From positions 768,001 through 832,000 of the forward strand of contig CAWFQB010000005.1 in the NCBI GenBank assembly GCA_963817895.1: a stretch of DNA of 64,000 nt, read 5' to 3'. Within the stretch, counting starts at the first letter, position 1; each line of letters begins with the position of its first letter. The translations under genes and the position numbers were made by a program. Origin of the DNA: an uncultured Chthonomonadaceae bacterium. GTDB lineage: Bacteria; Armatimonadota; Chthonomonadetes; Chthonomonadales; Chthonomonadaceae. Below, piece after piece: positions 60,690-64,000 of this stretch. The notes under the pieces are model-generated. The model was given only the letters and a program-made list of their open reading frames with translations, did not search any database and was not told the DNA's origin.

Positions 60690-60945
60690 GTAAAGGTTTG
60701 CAGAATGCAGCAGGCGTGGAGGACCACGCATAAGGAGGCGGGCGGGGCGGACGCGAGTTCTTTTCCCTGGGGATCACCTGGCAGGAAGTGCCATAGATGC
60801 CATCATGCCGTGTCCTTTCCTGCCATGCACGGGCAGGTTTTTTTACGTCCAACCACATCCGGTTGCTTCTGCGCCCCGCGCTTTACGGCGCAAACATCCA
60901 TTTTTTAACGCGCAAAACGGAACTCATAAAGGGGAATGGCACAGT

Positions 60946-61317
60946 ATGCCTACGATCAATCAGTTGGTCCGCAAGGGCCGCAAGCGTCTGATTAAGAAGA
61001 CCAAAGCGCCCGCGCTCAAAGGCAATCCGCAACTGCGCGGCGTCTGCCTCGTGGTGAAAACGGTCACGCCGAAGAAACCGAACTCCGCGTTGCGCAAAAT
61101 CGCCCGCGTCCGCCTGACCAACAAAACCGAAGTCACGGCCTACATTCCGGGCATCGGACACAACTTGCAGGAACACTCCGTCGTTATGATTCGCGGCGGT
61201 CGCGTCAAGGACCTGCCCGGCGTCCGCTACCATATCGTGCGCGGCACACTCGACACAGCCGGAACCCGCGACCGTAAATCCAGCCGTTCCAAGTACGGTA
61301 CGAAGAAGCCGAAGTAG
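60946..61317 (+). CDS. rpsL: 30S ribosomal protein S12
   Basis: [33 protein letters not shown]. Confidence 0.99.
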   Translation: MPTINQLVRKGRKRLIKKTKAPALKGNPQLRGVCLVVKTVTPKKPNSALRKIARVRLTNKTEVTAYIPGIGHNLQEHSVVMIRGGRVKDLPGVRYHIVRGTLDTAGTRDRKSSRSKYGTKKPK

Positions 61318-61326
61318 GAGACAATC

Positions 61327-61797
61327 ATGCCTCGTAAGGGAAAAAGTGTGCTGCGCGGGATTACGCCGGACCCCGTTTATGGCAATATTCTGGCGCAACG
61401 CTTTATCAACCGCCTGATGGTGGACGGTAAAAAAAGTATCGCGGAAAAGATTTTCTACTCCGCGCTGGAACAGTGCGAAGTTCGGGCCAAGCGTCCGGGT
61501 ATCGAAGTGTTCGAGCAGGCGATTCGCAATGTCGCGCCCGCCGTGGAAGTGCGCCCCCGCCGCGTCGGTGGCTCGACCTATCAGGTTCCGACCGAAGTGC
61601 GGCCTGAGCGCAAGTATGCTCTCGCGTTGCGCTGGCTGGTCACGAACTCCCGCAAGCGGGCAGGTCGCACGATGGCTGAAAAGCTGACGGGCGAACTGAT
61701 GGACGCCGCGAACGGAACCGGCTCGTCGGTAAAGAAAAAAGAAGACGTGCATCGCATGGCCGATGCCAACAAAGCGTTTGCGCATTATCGGTTTTAG
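61327..61797 (+). CDS. rpsG: 30S ribosomal protein S7
   Basis: MPRKG, RRVGGSTYQVP, HRMADANKAFAHYRF. Confidence 0.99.
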   Translation: MPRKGKSVLRGITPDPVYGNILAQRFINRLMVDGKKSIAEKIFYSALEQCEVRAKRPGIEVFEQAIRNVAPAVEVRPRRVGGSTYQVPTEVRPERKYALALRWLVTNSRKRAGRTMAEKLTGELMDAANGTGSSVKKKEDVHRMADANKAFAHYRF

Positions 61798-61799
61798 GA

Positions 61800-61936
61800 G
61801 GGTGATTGGTGGTTGGTGGTTGGTGACTGGTTACTTCGTTCAGAAAGACGTGTCCGTGAGCTTCAAGGCTGTAACCGACACGCTAAACTTTCGCTTTGAA
61901 CAACCAATCATCAACCACCAACCACCAACCACCAAT
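61800..61936. repeat. Heptamer inverted repeat (GGTTGGT)n / (ACCAACC)n after rpsG
   Basis: gattggtggttggtggttggtg ... caaccaccaaccaccaaccaccaatc. Confidence 0.85.
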
Positions 61937-62411
61937 CTTGTGCCTCAAATTGCCCGGCACGAGGAGGATAGTATGTTGTACAATATGAGAGCAAGTTGCC
62001 GTATGGCGCGGCGCTCATTTCGCTGTCGAACGGGGTGTCTTCGGTAGGCCAATCGGCGGTTTGCGCGCGTAAAAGCGGCAAATCCGTTCGGAACATGAAA
62101 AGGTGACTGGAACAACCGGGGACGGCAGATTGCCGTTCTTTGTTGCGAAAGCCTCTTTTCTTTCGATATGTTCTGTACGCGGCAGTCAGCGCGCAATGGG
62201 AAGCGGTTACGCGCCGCCCGATTGGCAGTACGGGTTCCATTCTGTACCTATGGGGAATTCTTTTCCCGATTTGGATGAATGTTCAGCCCGCAACTTACCG
62301 TGACACTCGTATATGGCAGCGAGTGGCATGTATTTTCCTTCGCAACACTCGGAAGCAATTTGAACGCCGCCTGTGTCGGACGACCGGGCGAGGATAGACA
62401 AGAACGAAACT

Positions 62412-64000
62412 ATGGCACGAGAATACCCTTTAGAGAAAATTCGCAACATCGGCATTGCGGCTCACATTGACGCCGGCAAGACCACCTGTACCGAGCGCAT
62501 CCTGTTCTATACCGGGCGCACACACCGCATCGGCGAAGTGCATGAGGGCGCGGCCACAATGGACTGGATGACGCAGGAGCAGGAGCGTGGCATCACCATT
62601 ACGTCTGCCGCTACCACCTGTTTCTGGGGCCTGAATACCGATCCCGCCACGATGGCGCGCGAACGTTCGCACCGTATCAACATCATTGACACGCCCGGAC
62701 ACGTAGACTTTACCGTTGAAGTTGAGCGTTCCATGCGCGTTCTGGATGGCGTTGTCGCCGTCTTCTGCGCAGTCGGCGGCGTACAGCCGCAGTCCGAAAC
62801 CGTGTGGCGGCAGGCCAACAAGTACAAGGTTCCGCGCATCGCGTTCGTCAACAAAATGGATCGCATGGGCGCGAACTTCTTCGGCGTTGTCGAAAAAATG
62901 CGCGAACGGCTGGGCGCGAACGCGGTTCCGATCCAGATTCCGATTGGCGCGGAAGCCGAGTTCCTGGGCGTTGTTGACATCATTACCATGAAGGCCATCA
63001 AGTACCACGACGATCAGGGCCAGACCTATGACGAAGTGGACATTCCCGCCGACCTGGTGGATGTGGCGAACGAATACCACACCAAAGTGATCGAAGCGGC
63101 AGCCGAAGCCGACGAAAGCCTGATTGAAAAGTACCTGGAAGGCCAGCCGATTTCCGTGGACGAAATCCGCAACGCCCTGCGCATGGGAACCATTGCCGGC
63201 ACGGTAATGCCCGTCGTGTGTGGTTCGGCCTACAAGAACAAGGGCGTACAGCAACTGCTCGACGCGGTCCTGTACTTCCTGCCGTCCCCTCTGGATGTCA
63301 GCGGCATTCCCGGCATCAACCCGGACAAAGGCACGGAAGAGACGCGGCAGCCTGCCGACGATCAGCCGTTCAGCGCCCTCGCGTTCAAAATCGCGCAGGA
63401 TCAATACGGCGTCCTGACGTTCTTCCGCGTGTATTCGGGAACGCTCAAAACGGGTGAAACCGTGCTGAACTCCACTCGCGACCGCAAGGAGCGCATCGGG
63501 CGGATCGTGCGGATGCATGCCAACACCCGCGAAGACGTGAGCGAAGTGAACGCGGGCGACATCGCGGCCATCGTAGGCTTGAAGGATACGCGCACCGGAG
63601 ATACCCTGTGCGACGATAAGAAACCGATTGTTTTGGAAGCCATTGACTTTCCGGAGCCGGTTATCTCCATCGCCATTGAGCCGAAAACCAAAGCGGATCA
63701 GGACAAGCTCTCCACCGCGCTGGTGAAACTGGCAAGCGAAGACCCGACGTTCCATGTGTCTACCGATCCGGAAACGGCGCAGACCATTCTGGCCGGTATG
63801 GGCGAACTGCACCTGGACATCAAGGTTGACATTCTGAAACGCACGTATGGCGTGGAAGCCAACTTCGGCGCGCCGCAGGTGGCGTACCGCGAAACCATCG
63901 GGCAGCATGCCGTGGCGCGCGTTCCGTTCAAGCGGCAAACGGGCGGTTCCGGTCAGTACGGCGACTGTGAGCTGGAAGTGGACCCGCAGGAACCGGGCAA
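62412..64000 (+). CDS. fusA: Elongation factor G (5' part, runs off the window)
   Basis: Manual translation [51 protein letters not shown]. Confidence 0.98.
   Translation, partial: MAREYPLEKIRNIGIAAHIDAGKTTCTERILFYTGRTHRIGEVHEGAATMDWMTQEQERGITITSAATTCFWGLNTDPATMARERSHRINIIDTPGHVDFTVEVERSMRVLDGVVAVFCAVGGVQPQSETVWRQANKYKVPRIAFVNKMDRMGANFFGVVEKMRERLGANAVPIQIPIGAEAEFLGVVDIITMKAIKYHDDQGQTYDEVDIPADLVDVANEYHTKVIEAAAEADESLIEKYLEGQPISVDEIRNALRMGTIAGTVMPVVCGSAYKNKGVQQLLDAVLYFLPSPLDVSGIPGINPDKGTEETRQPADDQPFSALAFKIAQDQYGVLTFFRVYSGTLKTGETVLNSTRDRKERIGRIVRMHANTREDVSEVNAGDIAAIVGLKDTRTGDTLCDDKKPIVLEAIDFPEPVISIAIEPKTKADQDKLSTALVKLASEDPTFHVSTDPETAQTILAGMGELHLDIKVDILKRTYGVEANFGAPQVAYRETIGQHAVARVPFKRQTGGSGQYGDCELEVDPQEPG

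Noticed and set aside
60883..63938. Long minus-strand ORFs 60883..61785 and 62430..63938
   Set aside because: Antisense shadows of rpsL/rpsG and fusA

Overview
GC-rich bacterial chromosomal window. It is probably Armatimonadota-like (inference from PEP-CTERM proteins, prepilin/H-X9-DG proteins and repeat style) and probably a long-read assembly, because about a dozen conserved genes carry single-base frameshifts. Left end: a giant secreted SBBP/Ig-repeat surface protein (runs off the window) beside a phage-free cassette of three tail-collar (microcystin-dependent-protein-like) paralogs, a GNAT and a DUF6916-like protein. Middle: two PEP-CTERM genes, a secreted Ig-Lon protease-domain protein, glyA, a CocE/NonD hydrolase with its HTH regulator, an ArnT-like glycosyltransferase and an ECF sigma/anti-sigma pair. 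Also two duplicated c-di-GMP-I riboswitches carrying large simple-repeat hairpin inserts, a xylose-isomerase-like gene, msrA, a NamZ-like gene, an orphan immunity-like array, an M16 peptidase pair, a Hen1 with no adjacent Pnkp, a Panacea toxin-antitoxin pair, and an aminotransferase/ALDH/HglS-like operon that may encode lysine catabolism. Right end: M1 aminopeptidase, fliI-fliJ-slt-motE-like flagellar fragment, a RAYT transposase with GTAG REPs, rpsL, rpsG and 5' fusA. Inverted hairpins built from 7-9 nt tandem repeats occur throughout: between genes, in frame inside a CDS, and inside riboswitch loops. No rRNA, tRNA or CRISPR array was seen. All family assignments come from motif recognition; no searches were run.
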